Shown one piece after another: positions 50,042 to 60,726 of a DNA stretch of 64,000 nt. Origin of the DNA: a bacterium (GTDB taxonomy: Bacteria; Zhuqueibacterota; Zhuqueibacteria; Residuimicrobiales; Krinioviventaceae); NCBI GenBank assembly GCA_963674595.2, contig CAXXFV010000013.1, forward strand, positions 1-64,000, given 5' to 3'. The position numbers and the translations under genes were made by a program. The notes under the pieces are model-generated. The model did not search any database, was not told the DNA's origin, and saw only the letters and a list, made by a program, of their open reading frames with translations. Numbering within the stretch: position 1 is the first letter of the stretch; the number at the start of each line of letters is the position of its first letter.

Positions 50042-53000
50042 TTATACCCTTGGTTTATATTGTTCTTCCTTTATGACAATTTTCCATGTTAAACCATTTA
50101 CATTATCAACTTTAATCCGGCCGTCAAGCTGGTTTTCAACCAGGCTGAATACTGTTTTAAGGCCTAAATTAATATCCCTTTCTATATCAAATCCATCCTC
50201 AAAACCAATACCATTATCACTTAAAATAATATAAAGTTCACCTTGCCGCGATGTTGATATATTTATTTTTATCATTCCCTCCCGGTTTTCGGGAAAAGCA
50301 TGTTTAATACTATTTGATATCAATTCATTCAAAACCAATCCCAGGGGTGCAGCCGTATCAATGAGTATATTAATGTCCTCGCATTCACAAAAAAACCGGA
50401 CATTGTTTGAAACAAGGTAACTCGATTTTATCAAAGGTAACAACTTTGTTATATAATCATTTAAATTTAAATGTGACAGGTCTTTGGACTCATATAACAT
50501 TTGATGAACAAGTGACATTGATATAATTTTTCCTTCAATCTCTTTAAATATGAGGTTGATTTTTTCATTAGATTCCCGTGTTGCGTACAGTCTAAGCATG
50601 GATGAAATAATTTGCATATTGTTTTTCGTTCTGTGATAGAGTTCACGCAATAGAATTTCTTTTTCTTCAAGTGAAGCTTTAATTTTGTCTTCATATATTT
50701 TACGTTCGGTAATATCACTGACAACACCGGTAACCTTTTTAACGTTACCCTGAACATCTCTTTCTACCTCGGCTATTGAATGAATTGTTTTCCGAATTCC
50801 CTTATCAGCCGTTAAGATATCAAAGACCAGATCGTATTTTTTCTCATATTCTATCAGATCAATTAAGGCCTGATGCACCCGGTCTCTTTCCGGAATGCAG
50901 CTTTCCACATTCTCTGTAGTAAAATCCGGGCTCTCCAGTTCAAAACCATAGATCCTTTTGGCTTCATCCGAACCCCAAAATTTTGTCGTTACAGGGTCAT
51001 ATTCCCAATTACCTACATGCCCCATGGCCTGAGCTTTTTTATAGCGATTTTGATTAATCAGGAGGTCTTTTTCCATTTGCTTACGTTCTGTGATATCTGT
51101 TACAACCGCTTCAATAGCAATCGGATTTCCTGTTTCATCTTTTCGCAATGTATTACGCTGGTTCAACCATTTTTCTTTGCCGTCCTTGCAGATGATCTGA
51201 TATTCGCAGGATGGTGGTAATTTACCATCAATCATTTTGTGACATTCATTTTTGAAATATTCTTCCCAATCCGGATGAATCATTTTCCTGAACAATAAAG
51301 GATCTTTATAAAACTCATTTGGTGAATATCCCGTAATATCTAAAGACGCTGGACTGATATACTCGTAAATTGCATCCGGAATGGACATACGATAAATCAT
51401 ATCTTTGGCATTTTCAGCCAATAAGCGGAAGAGCCGCTCACTTTCTTTTAGTTTTACTTGTGCCTGTCTTTTATCGGTTATGTCACGAGTTACTCCTGCA
51501 ATACCAACAATAGTACCATCAGCATCATGGAGAGGATTTAAAATTACATCATAGTGTCTGATCTCACCAGTGCGGTCGGGAGTTGATGTTTCGGAAATGA
51601 CCGTCGAATTCGTCTCATACACCATTCTATGGAGTTCGTCCCATTCCTGACACATCTCCTCAGGGAAATTCAGCTCTCTGTGAGTTTTTCCCAGAATTTG
51701 GTCCACAGGCAGCCCAAAAAACTTGACCAGACTGGGACTGGCATGAGTGAATCTGCTGTCACGGTCGTAACTGTGGATATAATCAACTGAAGCGTTATCT
51801 ATCAAACGGTATTTTTCTTCGCTGGTTTTTAAAGCTATTTCGGCCTGTTTTTCTTTCGTTACATCCTGTAATGTTCCATAGATTTTTATGCATATATCAT
51901 TTTCCATTATCCTGCGGCCATGAGCCCTAAACCACCTTATATTTCCCTTTGCCGTTTTCGCCCTGGCCTCAAAATCCAGTTCAATTCCATGCTCTATCAG
52001 ATCTGTCATTTTTTTTGAAATCATTTCCCGATATTCAGGCAGGTAAAATTCCACATGTTCATCAGGTCCGGGAACTGGATGGTTATAATCGATTTCTACA
52101 ACATCATAGGTCCCTTTTGTCCAAAGTGCCGTTCGATGAATTAAATCCATTTCCCAGCCACCGATATTGGCAATATTGCCGACTTCTGTGAGCAGAGCGT
52201 CGTTTTTTAACAACTTTTCTTCTGCTTGTTTTTTTTCTGTAATATCTTGTGCAGCGCCCCATAAAGCTGTGGTTTTTCCCTCTGCATTTTGAATGGCTTC
52301 ACCACGCACCCACATCCAACCTTTGCTTCCGTCTTTTTTTACCGTTACCAGTTCGAGTTCATATGCAATCCCTGTTTTTCTCGTCTTTTCCAAAGCAGAT
52401 GACAGAACATCCCAACTTTCAGGTGTAAACAACTTCATATGTTCGGTATAGGGCGGCACTGGAAGTGCAGGATCAAAACCATACATTCTATACAGTTCTT
52501 CTGACCATGTAACCTGATTTGTTGCTACATCCAGATACCAACTTCCTATATGCGCTAATGCCTGCGCTTTTTTAAGCTCTTTTTCGTTATTTTCTGCTCG
52601 TTCTTTGGCTTTTATTAACTCCTCTTCTGCTTTTTTTTGTTCGGTAATATCATCAAAAATCACACAAAAACGATCCTTAGTATCCCAGGGGCGATATGCC
52701 CGACAGTGATAGAGTTTTTGGGTCGGCCCATGATAATTATCGAAAATCAGGGTTTCACCTGTAACAGCAGCATGTCCATATTTTTCAATCCAACTTTGTT
52801 CTGTTCCGGGCCACACTTGATGAACTGTTTTTCCTTTTACTTTATCATCTTTCACACCGGTAATTTTTTCAAAAACTTCATTGATATACACAAACCTGTA
52901 ACTGACAAATTTACCATTTTTATCAAACACAGAATCGAATATCACAAAGGCATTCAGCATACTATCCAAAACCGATTGCAGCTCTTTTGATTGTTCTATA

Positions 53001-54550
53001 ATGTCTTCTTCTGCTTTTTTGCGTTCGGTAATATCCACAGCCATACTATGCAGTATTCTTTTTCCTTTGGCGTTTTTTCCTATAGGCGTCGTTTTAAATT
53101 CCCAGATTCTTTTTGAACCATTCTTGGCCCGAACATTCCATTCGCAATTATTTACAGTTTTATCGATTTCAAAGAGTTTATCAATATAATTTTTTTTAGT
53201 ACCTGAAGCTGATCCGTAGGCTTGTTTGGTCCAGGCAGATATAGTTGGAATGTCTTCAATGGTATAACCCGAATAATCTGTCCAACCTTTACTTATTTGT
53301 AAAACATTACCATCCTCGTCATAGATCATAATAGGCACAGGCGAATCAGTAATAGCTCTTTTAAATTGTCTTTCACTTTCTTTCAAAGCCTCCTGGGCCA
53401 ATTTTCTCTCGGTCGTGTCCGTTAACAGGTTGATGGTTGCCGGCTTGCCCTCCCATTGAATTTTTGCTGACGTAATGAAAACCCACTTTATAATACCTCC
53501 TGCGCTCATAATCCTGAAATCATATGAATCAGGAAATTTTTCACCAGCGATGCGGCGCTGATAGTTCGAAAATACAAATTCACGGTCTTCAGGCCATATA
53601 TAATCAATAAAAGGTTTCCCCAAAAGTTCTTCAGCAGGAGCGCCTAAAAGCTCTGACATCTTTTTGTTTACAAATTTCAAGACTCCTTCCTGTGCAACAA
53701 TAATTGCTTCATTTGCCGTATTGATAAGAGTACGGTACTTTTCTTCACTTTCTTCCAAAGTTTTTTCAGCCTGTTTGCGTTCTGTGATGTCTTCACCAGA
53801 ACTTAATAAACCGGTTATATTGCCAAAATCATCAGTAACCAGAGTATTGAACCATTTTACAATTCTCTTTTGGCCATCTTTTCTTACAATTTCATTTTCA
53901 TGCGTCTCCTGACCCTCTGCTTTCCCATGAATTAATTTTTTAAAATACTCTTTTAACTCATGTCTATTTTCTTCCGGTAAACATACCGAGAACCAATCCT
54001 TCCCATATAGCTCACCTTCTTTATAACCCAAAATATCGTGACCTTTTTTATTCAGTAACGTTATTTCGCCATTCCGGTTTAAAGCAAGAATCATACTTGC
54101 GACAATGTTTAAATAGTTATTAGCCACATTTTGTTGTTTAATAAGTGCTTCTTTAGCCAGTTTGTGTTTGGTAATATCTCTGCCGATACAATATATCGTC
54201 TTTTCTTTAATATCAGGTGTTGCAGTCCACTGAATATGCTTGATTGTACTGTCCTTACAAACGATTCGAATTTCAAAATTTTTAGTAATTTCTCCCTTAA
54301 TTAAACGAGCAACATGTTCTTCATTTTTGGTATGATCATCAGGATGTATAAATTCCTGAAAAGGTTTTGAGAGTAATTCTTTTTCAGTATATCCAAATAA
54401 TTTTATACAGGCAGGATTTATGTATTTATAATGTCCATCCATTTCGGCAATGCAGATTAAATCCGGTGATAGATCAAAAAATGAATCTTTCATTTCTTCA
54501 GATAGGTTTATGTTGCATCGATTTTTCGTTTTTTTCGTGTGATGCGGCAT
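50042..54550 (-). CDS. Multi-PAS sensor histidine kinase (HisKA_2 type)
   Basis: About 10 PAS/PAC units ending DIT/DVT; RELYHRTKNNMQ, NELISNSIKHAF, DNGIG. Confidence 0.93.
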   Translation of the reverse strand: MPHHTKKTKNRCNINLSEEMKDSFFDLSPDLICIAEMDGHYKYINPACIKLFGYTEKELLSKPFQEFIHPDDHTKNEEHVARLIKGEITKNFEIRIVCKDSTIKHIQWTATPDIKEKTIYCIGRDITKHKLAKEALIKQQNVANNYLNIVASMILALNRNGEITLLNKKGHDILGYKEGELYGKDWFSVCLPEENRHELKEYFKKLIHGKAEGQETHENEIVRKDGQKRIVKWFNTLVTDDFGNITGLLSSGEDITERKQAEKTLEESEEKYRTLINTANEAIIVAQEGVLKFVNKKMSELLGAPAEELLGKPFIDYIWPEDREFVFSNYQRRIAGEKFPDSYDFRIMSAGGIIKWVFITSAKIQWEGKPATINLLTDTTERKLAQEALKESERQFKRAITDSPVPIMIYDEDGNVLQISKGWTDYSGYTIEDIPTISAWTKQAYGSASGTKKNYIDKLFEIDKTVNNCEWNVRAKNGSKRIWEFKTTPIGKNAKGKRILHSMAVDITERKKAEEDIIEQSKELQSVLDSMLNAFVIFDSVFDKNGKFVSYRFVYINEVFEKITGVKDDKVKGKTVHQVWPGTEQSWIEKYGHAAVTGETLIFDNYHGPTQKLYHCRAYRPWDTKDRFCVIFDDITEQKKAEEELIKAKERAENNEKELKKAQALAHIGSWYLDVATNQVTWSEELYRMYGFDPALPVPPYTEHMKLFTPESWDVLSSALEKTRKTGIAYELELVTVKKDGSKGWMWVRGEAIQNAEGKTTALWGAAQDITEKKQAEEKLLKNDALLTEVGNIANIGGWEMDLIHRTALWTKGTYDVVEIDYNHPVPGPDEHVEFYLPEYREMISKKMTDLIEHGIELDFEARAKTAKGNIRWFRAHGRRIMENDICIKIYGTLQDVTKEKQAEIALKTSEEKYRLIDNASVDYIHSYDRDSRFTHASPSLVKFFGLPVDQILGKTHRELNFPEEMCQEWDELHRMVYETNSTVISETSTPDRTGEIRHYDVILNPLHDADGTIVGIAGVTRDITDKRQAQVKLKESERLFRLLAENAKDMIYRMSIPDAIYEYISPASLDITGYSPNEFYKDPLLFRKMIHPDWEEYFKNECHKMIDGKLPPSCEYQIICKDGKEKWLNQRNTLRKDETGNPIAIEAVVTDITERKQMEKDLLINQNRYKKAQAMGHVGNWEYDPVTTKFWGSDEAKRIYGFELESPDFTTENVESCIPERDRVHQALIDLIEYEKKYDLVFDILTADKGIRKTIHSIAEVERDVQGNVKKVTGVVSDITERKIYEDKIKASLEEKEILLRELYHRTKNNMQIISSMLRLYATRESNEKINLIFKEIEGKIISMSLVHQMLYESKDLSHLNLNDYITKLLPLIKSSYLVSNNVRFFCECEDINILIDTAAPLGLVLNELISNSIKHAFPENREGMIKINISTSRQGELYIILSDNGIGFEDGFDIERDINLGLKTVFSLVENQLDGRIKVDNVNGLTWKIVIKEEQYKPRV

Positions 54551-54994
54551 GAGAACGACCTCATTAAAATATTTTTAGTTAAATATAGATGTATAATATA
54601 AGATAGTTTGTGGATAATTATGAAGCGAGCGTCTACATCAGTGGTGGTGAATAAATATATCTTGCCAGATTATTCGGTTTTAAATCAATCTCCAGGTTTA
54701 AATTGATAATATATATATAATCCACTGCATATTTATATTGAGCATATTGTAAACATTACAATTAAACTTAATATGTATCAAGATGTTAAAAAGGGGGATA
54801 AAGGCTGAGTATAATTAACTGCAATTACCAATCGTCCTAAAAAAAACATGAATGACCGTCTATCAAAAATACAAATTATTCATGGCTAGTGCAACTGGTA
54901 TTTAGGTTTATTCAAGTTTTTAGAGATTATTAGCATTATTTTCAAGTACTATTTGAACAGTTTAACTCTAATATGATAGTTTATATTAGAAATG

Positions 54995-55205
54995 TATTCC
55001 CCGGCGGAACCCATAAAACCGGGATTATATCCCCAATGGAAATTAATTCTCCCGCTTCCACTCGGGCCTTGAAAACAGCCGAAAGGCCGCTCCGGGTGTT
55101 ACTCCCCGCTCGCAGGGGATTTGCAATCCACTGCGGAACCAATGAATTCGGGATTTTATCCCCGATGTAAGCAAATTTCCCCCTTTGGCTTTGTTCTGGG
55201 TAACA
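54995..55205. repeat. Intergenic REP-like palindrome mosaic
   Basis: Two GGAACC.ATG/TAAA..GGGATT.TATCCCC modules plus GGGCCTTGA..GCCGAAAGGCC. Confidence 0.8.
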
Positions 55206-55299
55206 CCGATTTAACTCCATCTACACTTCATCCCAGAGTCCGGAGATGCAGATATTTGCCATGAAAAAATCACCAAAACGAGCAGAGAATGAAAAAACT

Positions 55300-58083
55300 C
55301 TATTTTTGTAAAATTAATTTCCTGGTCTCAATATAATTATCAGCTTTTAACCTGTACAAATAAATTCCATTTGCCAGGCCGCCAGGTTGCCATTTTACAT
55401 TGTATTCTCCTGCTGTATGATAACCATCAACTAATGTCTCTATGAGTTGACCGGAAAGATTATAAATAGCAAGCTTGACATATGATGATGTTGGTAACTG
55501 AAAACTAATCGTTGTTTCAGGATTAAAGGGATTCGGGTAATTCTGTTTCAATCTAAAAGACTTTATGTTTTCAATATCATTAGATTCACACGTTACATCC
55601 GAACTGGATGTAAAATAAGCCGTAACATCTTTATCCTGCGTCATCGTTATATTTTTAGGATTTACGCTTCCGCTTATTCCACCCCAATAATCAAATGTAA
55701 AGCCTGAATTTGCGACTGCTTCTAATTGTACTGTTTCGTTATAACTAAAATTAGTCTTGTTTGGAGTTTTATTCACACTACCAGAACCTGATGGACTGGA
55801 AGAAAGTACAAGATTACAATAAGAAAGAGCAACAGATTTTGTGCCTGACCAGCCGGAAACGATACCTGTGTGTGTTTGACATCGGGCGCGTGCTTTAACA
55901 TATTTAGTGCCGGAGCTGCTAAAAGCGTGGCTTTTTGTTAAAGCGCCCCAGCTTGATTGCGATCCGTCACCCCAATCAAACTGATATTCAACCGTATGTC
56001 CCAAATTGCTGCTTGAGCCTCCGGTAGTGAATGCTAAACTTTGCCCAACCTTGCCGCTAGAAGGACCGCTTGGTTTATTTGGTGTGGAGACAGTCTCCTG
56101 ACTCTGGTTTTGAGTAAAATTAGCCGTAACACTTTTATCACCGCTCATTGTCAACGTTTGTGGATTGGCACTGCCGCTTAACGCACCATCCCAAGTATTA
56201 AAGTAATAACCTGAAATCGGATTAGCAGTTAACTGAACTGTTTCATTATAAGTAAAATTGGTCTTGTCCGGATTTTTATTAACACTCCCTTTACCGGCAG
56301 GATTTATTGTAATTGAAAGAACACAGTAAGAGATGGCAACAGATTTTGTGCTTGACCAACCGGATACTATACTTGTGTGTGTTTGACATCGGGCGCGTGC
56401 TTTAACATATTTAGTGCCTGTGCTACTAAATGTGTGGCTTTTTGTTGAAGCGCCCCAACTTGATTGTGATCCATCACCCCAATCAAACTGGTATTCAACA
56501 TTGTGTCCTAAATTACTGTTTGAGCCTCCAGTACTGAATGATAAACTTTGCCCAACCTTGCCGCTAGAAGGACCGCTGGGCTGATTAGGTGTGGAGATGG
56601 TCTCCTGACTTTGGCTTTGAGTGAAATTGACCGTAACACTTTTATCACCGCTCATTGTCAATGTTTGTGGATTGGAACTACCACTTAACGCACCATCCCA
56701 ACTATTAAAGTAATAACCTGAAATTGCGCTGGCTGTTAACTGAACTGTTTCGTTATAAGTAAAATTGGTCTTGTCTGGATTTTTATTAACACTTCCTTTG
56801 CCGGCAGGATTTATTGTAATTGAAAGAATACAGTAAGAGATGGCAACAGATTTTGTGCTTGACCAACTGGAAACAATACTCGTATGTGTTTGACATCGGG
56901 CGCGTGCTTTAACATATTTAGTGCCTGTGCTGCTAAAAGTGTGGCTTTTTGTTAAAGCGCCCCAACTTGATTGTGATCCATCACCCCAATCAAACTGGTA
57001 TTCAACATTGTGACCTAAATTACTGTTTGAGCCTCCGGTAGTAAAAGATAAACTTTGTCCTGCTTTACCGCTTGAAGGACCGCTGGGTTGATTGGGTGTG
57101 GATACTGTCTCTTCTGTTTGAGGTTCTGTTACAGTTATATAATTTGTTTTTGTTACTTCATCTCTTTGACTCACAGAAATTGCATTCAAAGTAACATTAT
57201 AAGTACCTGGTGTACTATAAGTATGTAAGGGATTTTGTGTACTGCTGGTTGCTCCATCTCCGAACGACCAGTTCCAATCTCTTGGATCACCCACAGTTAA
57301 ATCTGTAAAATTTACAGATAAAGGGGCAGAACCTGTCCTTGGAGATGCTGAAAAATCGATATTATGCGTTATAGGACCTTCAAAACTACCGGAACTTGGA
57401 AAAAATAAATCATGCCATGTACCATCATTATAAGTACATTGAAAACGAAATGTGTTGGTGCCAAACATGAGATAGCTGCCATTAACTGTTTGATAATACT
57501 CTTTTCCTGTTCGAATATCACCAGATCCTTCATTCATTATCATAGTGTTTGATCTACTGGTACCAGAGTTTATACACACATAAACACTAGAGGGTTCGTC
57601 TCCTTCAGTGTCGGTGCAAATAACACTATATCTATAGGTATCCTCATTAAGCTTTCCCCCGGATTGAGGCGTCACCTGACCATTTGACAAAGCCGGAGGT
57701 TGATTTTCAGGTTCTTCAGATGCAATTATTACAATATCAAAAACTTTTTCTATTTTTAGTTCGTGATCAGAATTATAAAACCGATAAGTAACAGTCCCGG
57801 TAAACGTTGTACCATTAGCGACAGAACCGGCAACCGATATGTCAAATCGGGCATATACAGCATAACCATTACTTATAAGATCATCATGAGTGACATTAAT
57901 AGTGCCTGGAAACGAATCATTTATTTCATAAAATGGATAAGCGAGAACAGAGGTCGATCCTACATTTTTATTTAAACTCTTCGTTTCTCCAGGTGGGATA
58001 TAAATCGTTGTTTGCGCCAGCACCAGTTCTGACATCAAAATCAAACCCGAAACCAAATAAAACAACATGCTTTTACAATTCAT
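55300..58083 (-). CDS. Secreted PKD/InlB-B-repeat surface protein with C-terminal secretion domain
   Basis: WSFGDG PKD; 507-bp unit x3 (YQFDWGDG + ETVQL.A...GY.F..W.G); QNYPNPFNP...KLILQK. Confidence 0.9.
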   Translation of the reverse strand: MNCKSMLFYLVSGLILMSELVLAQTTIYIPPGETKSLNKNVGSTSVLAYPFYEINDSFPGTINVTHDDLISNGYAVYARFDISVAGSVANGTTFTGTVTYRFYNSDHELKIEKVFDIVIIASEEPENQPPALSNGQVTPQSGGKLNEDTYRYSVICTDTEGDEPSSVYVCINSGTSRSNTMIMNEGSGDIRTGKEYYQTVNGSYLMFGTNTFRFQCTYNDGTWHDLFFPSSGSFEGPITHNIDFSASPRTGSAPLSVNFTDLTVGDPRDWNWSFGDGATSSTQNPLHTYSTPGTYNVTLNAISVSQRDEVTKTNYITVTEPQTEETVSTPNQPSGPSSGKAGQSLSFTTGGSNSNLGHNVEYQFDWGDGSQSSWGALTKSHTFSSTGTKYVKARARCQTHTSIVSSWSSTKSVAISYCILSITINPAGKGSVNKNPDKTNFTYNETVQLTASAISGYYFNSWDGALSGSSNPQTLTMSGDKSVTVNFTQSQSQETISTPNQPSGPSSGKVGQSLSFSTGGSNSNLGHNVEYQFDWGDGSQSSWGASTKSHTFSSTGTKYVKARARCQTHTSIVSGWSSTKSVAISYCVLSITINPAGKGSVNKNPDKTNFTYNETVQLTANPISGYYFNTWDGALSGSANPQTLTMSGDKSVTANFTQNQSQETVSTPNKPSGPSSGKVGQSLAFTTGGSSSNLGHTVEYQFDWGDGSQSSWGALTKSHAFSSSGTKYVKARARCQTHTGIVSGWSGTKSVALSYCNLVLSSSPSGSGSVNKTPNKTNFSYNETVQLEAVANSGFTFDYWGGISGSVNPKNITMTQDKDVTAYFTSSSDVTCESNDIENIKSFRLKQNYPNPFNPETTISFQLPTSSYVKLAIYNLSGQLIETLVDGYHTAGEYNVKWQPGGLANGIYLYRLKADNYIETRKLILQK

Positions 58084-58302
58084 TTCTAGTCCTCTTGGAT
58101 TTAATTATTAACCTATGTTAATATGAAAAAACAAATAAATAGTTATAATAAAAAATTAATTTAAAATTTAATTCAATATAAAAAAAGGGACATACAAATC
58201 AATTATGTTTTCTATAATAAAAACCGGCTAATTGTTTCACACAAAATGTTTGATTTTTCAAAAAAATAGTTTAGTACTTTGCTTTTGGAATTTTTTTTTA
58301 AG

Positions 58303-58405
58303 GTGGTAAATCAGCTAAAGGTTGTCAGGAGTTCCCAAACTTATTCCTAATAACAAACTTAAAGTCTGACAAAGTAATATAACAAATTTAATAAAAGCAA
58401 GGCAA
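58303..58405 (-). promoter_or_regulatory. Conserved promoter plus structured leader element, copy E (first hairpin only)
   Basis: TTGCCT (58400-58405)-N18-TATATT; GTCAG..AAGTTTGT..AGGA..TCCTG.ACAACCTT..CTGAT-TTACC. Confidence 0.65.
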
Positions 58406-58459
58406 GGGATTTATATAAAATATTGAAAATAAAAAAACAGCCGATATAAACAGGGGTTT

Positions 58460-58840
58460 ATTTTCCCGCTCGCAGGTGCTTAAAAATCCCCCTGCGCAAC
58501 CAATGAATTCGGGATTTTATCCCCAATGGGAACAAATCCCCCCTTGGCTCCGCTCCGAGTGACACGGCTCGTTTTAACCTCTCACAATGTTCACAAAGCT
58601 CACAAAGAAACAGTTGTAGGCTGGGCCAAAATGGCCCGGCATTGAATTGATACTTTTATTAATTTTGTAATATTTGTATAAATATTTTCTTTCCGTTTAT
58701 CTTATTGCCGGGTTCCACAAGGGAACCCGGCCTACAACTCAGGGCAACACCCGTTTTAATTTCGTTTCCCTGTCATCCCGAACGGAGTCGAGGACTCTAA
58801 GAGACCTGTCTCCGTATCTTCCTTCGATTTACTCAGGGAA
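58460..58840. repeat. Intergenic REP-like palindrome mosaic
   Basis: CCCGCTCGCAGG..ATCCCCCTGCG, CTCACAATGTTCACAAAGCTCACAAAG, GTAGGCTGGGCC..GGCCCGGC, GTCATCCCGAACGGAGTCGAGG. Confidence 0.8.
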
Positions 58841-58881
58841 AACGAAAGGTTGTGTTCGTCATTTTGAATCCAGCATTTTCA

Positions 58882-59691
58882 CTAAAAAATTCCCTTTGTA
58901 TGAAGCGCATTAATCACCATAAACAAAGCTGCCAACCAATTCGTATAAGCAAATAGTTTTTTAAGATGTTTAGGCTTTGTTATCAACGCAAATTTTCCGC
59001 CCAACAATCCACCCATAACTGTAACAAATGCTAACGGAACAGCCCATAAAGGGTTAAAATCTCCCTGGATAGCATGCCCCGCAAAACCCATAAACGCAGT
59101 TGCCGCTATAAGTGTTGATGCTGTTCCGACGGCTGTGTGCATCGGCACCCCACAAGCCAAAACCATTAACGGAACCAGGAAAGAACCTCCTGAAACGCCA
59201 ACCATCCCGGAACCAAAACCTGTTAAAACAGTGACCGGTAAAGCGATCCATAAATTTACATTATAAATTTCATTGCCGGATTTTATACTTATAATTCCTA
59301 AATGTTTATTTTTTGAGATGGTCTGATTCTCTGAAACAGGAACCAGCATTACTATTCCGGCTATTAACAACATTACGGCAAAAATCAGCTTTAATGAAAA
59401 TCCGCTGAACAAATGAGAAAAATATCCTCCCCCAAGTGCTGACAAGGCCGTAAATGTGCCGATCAGCACAGCCAACACCCATGATACGGACTTGTTTTTT
59501 TGAAAAACAATCATGGCTGCCACAGAAGCCGAAAAAAGAATAAACTGACCGGTTGTCGCTGCTTCGTGCATTGGAATATTGGCAATTGCCAAAATTACAA
59601 CATAAAAATTCCCTCCGCCCTTACCAACCATTGTCATGGCAACAGCAACAATAAAAATGAGAAAGCTAACTATAACAAGATTTATCATCAA
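58882..59691 (-). CDS. Sulfite exporter TauE/SafE (TSUP) family protein
   Basis: MVGKGGG, SGMVGVSGGSFLVP, AVGTAS; multi-TM. Confidence 0.9.
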   Translation of the reverse strand: MMINLVIVSFLIFIVAVAMTMVGKGGGNFYVVILAIANIPMHEAATTGQFILFSASVAAMIVFQKNKSVSWVLAVLIGTFTALSALGGGYFSHLFSGFSLKLIFAVMLLIAGIVMLVPVSENQTISKNKHLGIISIKSGNEIYNVNLWIALPVTVLTGFGSGMVGVSGGSFLVPLMVLACGVPMHTAVGTASTLIAATAFMGFAGHAIQGDFNPLWAVPLAFVTVMGGLLGGKFALITKPKHLKKLFAYTNWLAALFMVINALHTKGIF

Positions 59692-59702
59692 ATAATCCCT
59701 CT

Positions 59703-60095
59703 TTAGTTTTTGCCTTTAATGACATTGAGAACCTTTCCCGGCTTTAAAGCTTCTGTCAGAGCAGAATATCCGCCGTCAACAATGCGTATTTCCGGGAATC
59801 CTAATGATAGCAAATAGGCATAGACAATGGATGATCTGACATTAGAGGGACAAAATACACCTATAAATTTTGTTTTTGATATCTCATCAATTCTGTCAGG
59901 AATTTCGTTGATCGGTATATTCAAAGATTCCACATGAGCGTGATGCTCCAATTTTATAGAGATGGAATCGGATTCTTCTTTTGATCGAACATCCAATAAA
60001 AGACATTTCTCCATATCAAAAAACTTTTCCGGTGATATTTTATGTTTTCCGTTTCCAAAATAATCTAATGTAAAACTTTTAAGAACATTTTCCAT
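59703..60095 (-). CDS. Rhodanese-like domain protein
   Basis: LLDVRS.EE, LNIP, VFCPSNVRS, VDGG. Confidence 0.88.
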   Translation of the reverse strand: MENVLKSFTLDYFGNGKHKISPEKFFDMEKCLLLDVRSKEESDSISIKLEHHAHVESLNIPINEIPDRIDEISKTKFIGVFCPSNVRSSIVYAYLLSLGFPEIRIVDGGYSALTEALKPGKVLNVIKGKN

Positions 60096-60286
60096 TTCAC
60101 TCTCCTTTATAATATGGGTATAACGTTATTTCAATACATTTCTTTACCCATATTCGCAGTGGACATATATAGTTTTAGAGTGCCGTCTTTCGGCATCGTT
60201 TAGATGATTTTTTCTTAATCCTCATGCAATGGTGCGGTAGAACCGCTCCCCACAGATGAAAACAATTCTCAATATCTTGTAAAATA

Positions 60287-60315
60287 ATGATACAGATTAA
60301 ATAAAATCAAGGCAA
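60287..60315 (-). promoter_or_regulatory. Conserved promoter element, copy F (promoter only; leader hairpin absent)
   Basis: TTGCCTTGATTTTATTTAATCTGTATCAT = TTGCCT-N17-TATCAT, with a spacer nearly identical to copies A and D. Confidence 0.65.
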
Positions 60316-60339
60316 GGAATTTATAAAAACACTGGAAAT

Positions 60340-60710
60340 ATTTTCGAGGGCGTAAAAAAAAACAGGACATCTGCCCTGCTATAATAATTATCCCCAATGG
60401 AAATAAATTCTTCCCCATCAGCTTTGCTCAGGGTGGCACCCGTTCGAAATCGCGGACGCTGAGCAAAGTCGAAGCGGGAGCGTTGTCAAGCTGTGATCGT
60501 CCAGGGGTTCTCTACCCCTGGACGCATTAACAAAAGGGCTTGGCCCTTTTATATAAAACATTCTTTATTTATTGTTGTAATGTGCCGCTCGCAGGAGATA
60601 TACATTCCCCTGCGGAACCAATGAAATCAGGATTTCATCCCCAGCAAAACATCCGCACGATCAATTGATATGTGCAGGGATTAAATTTTTAATCCCTGCA
60701 TGGTTTGATC
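60340..60710. repeat. Intergenic REP-like palindrome mosaic
   Basis: GTCCAGGGGTTCTCTACCCCTGGAC, AAGGGCTTGGCCCTT, CGCTCGCAGG..CCCCTGCGGAACCAATG, GCAGGGATTAAATTTTTAATCCCTGC. Confidence 0.85.
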
Positions 60711-60726
60711 GTTATAATAAATCACT

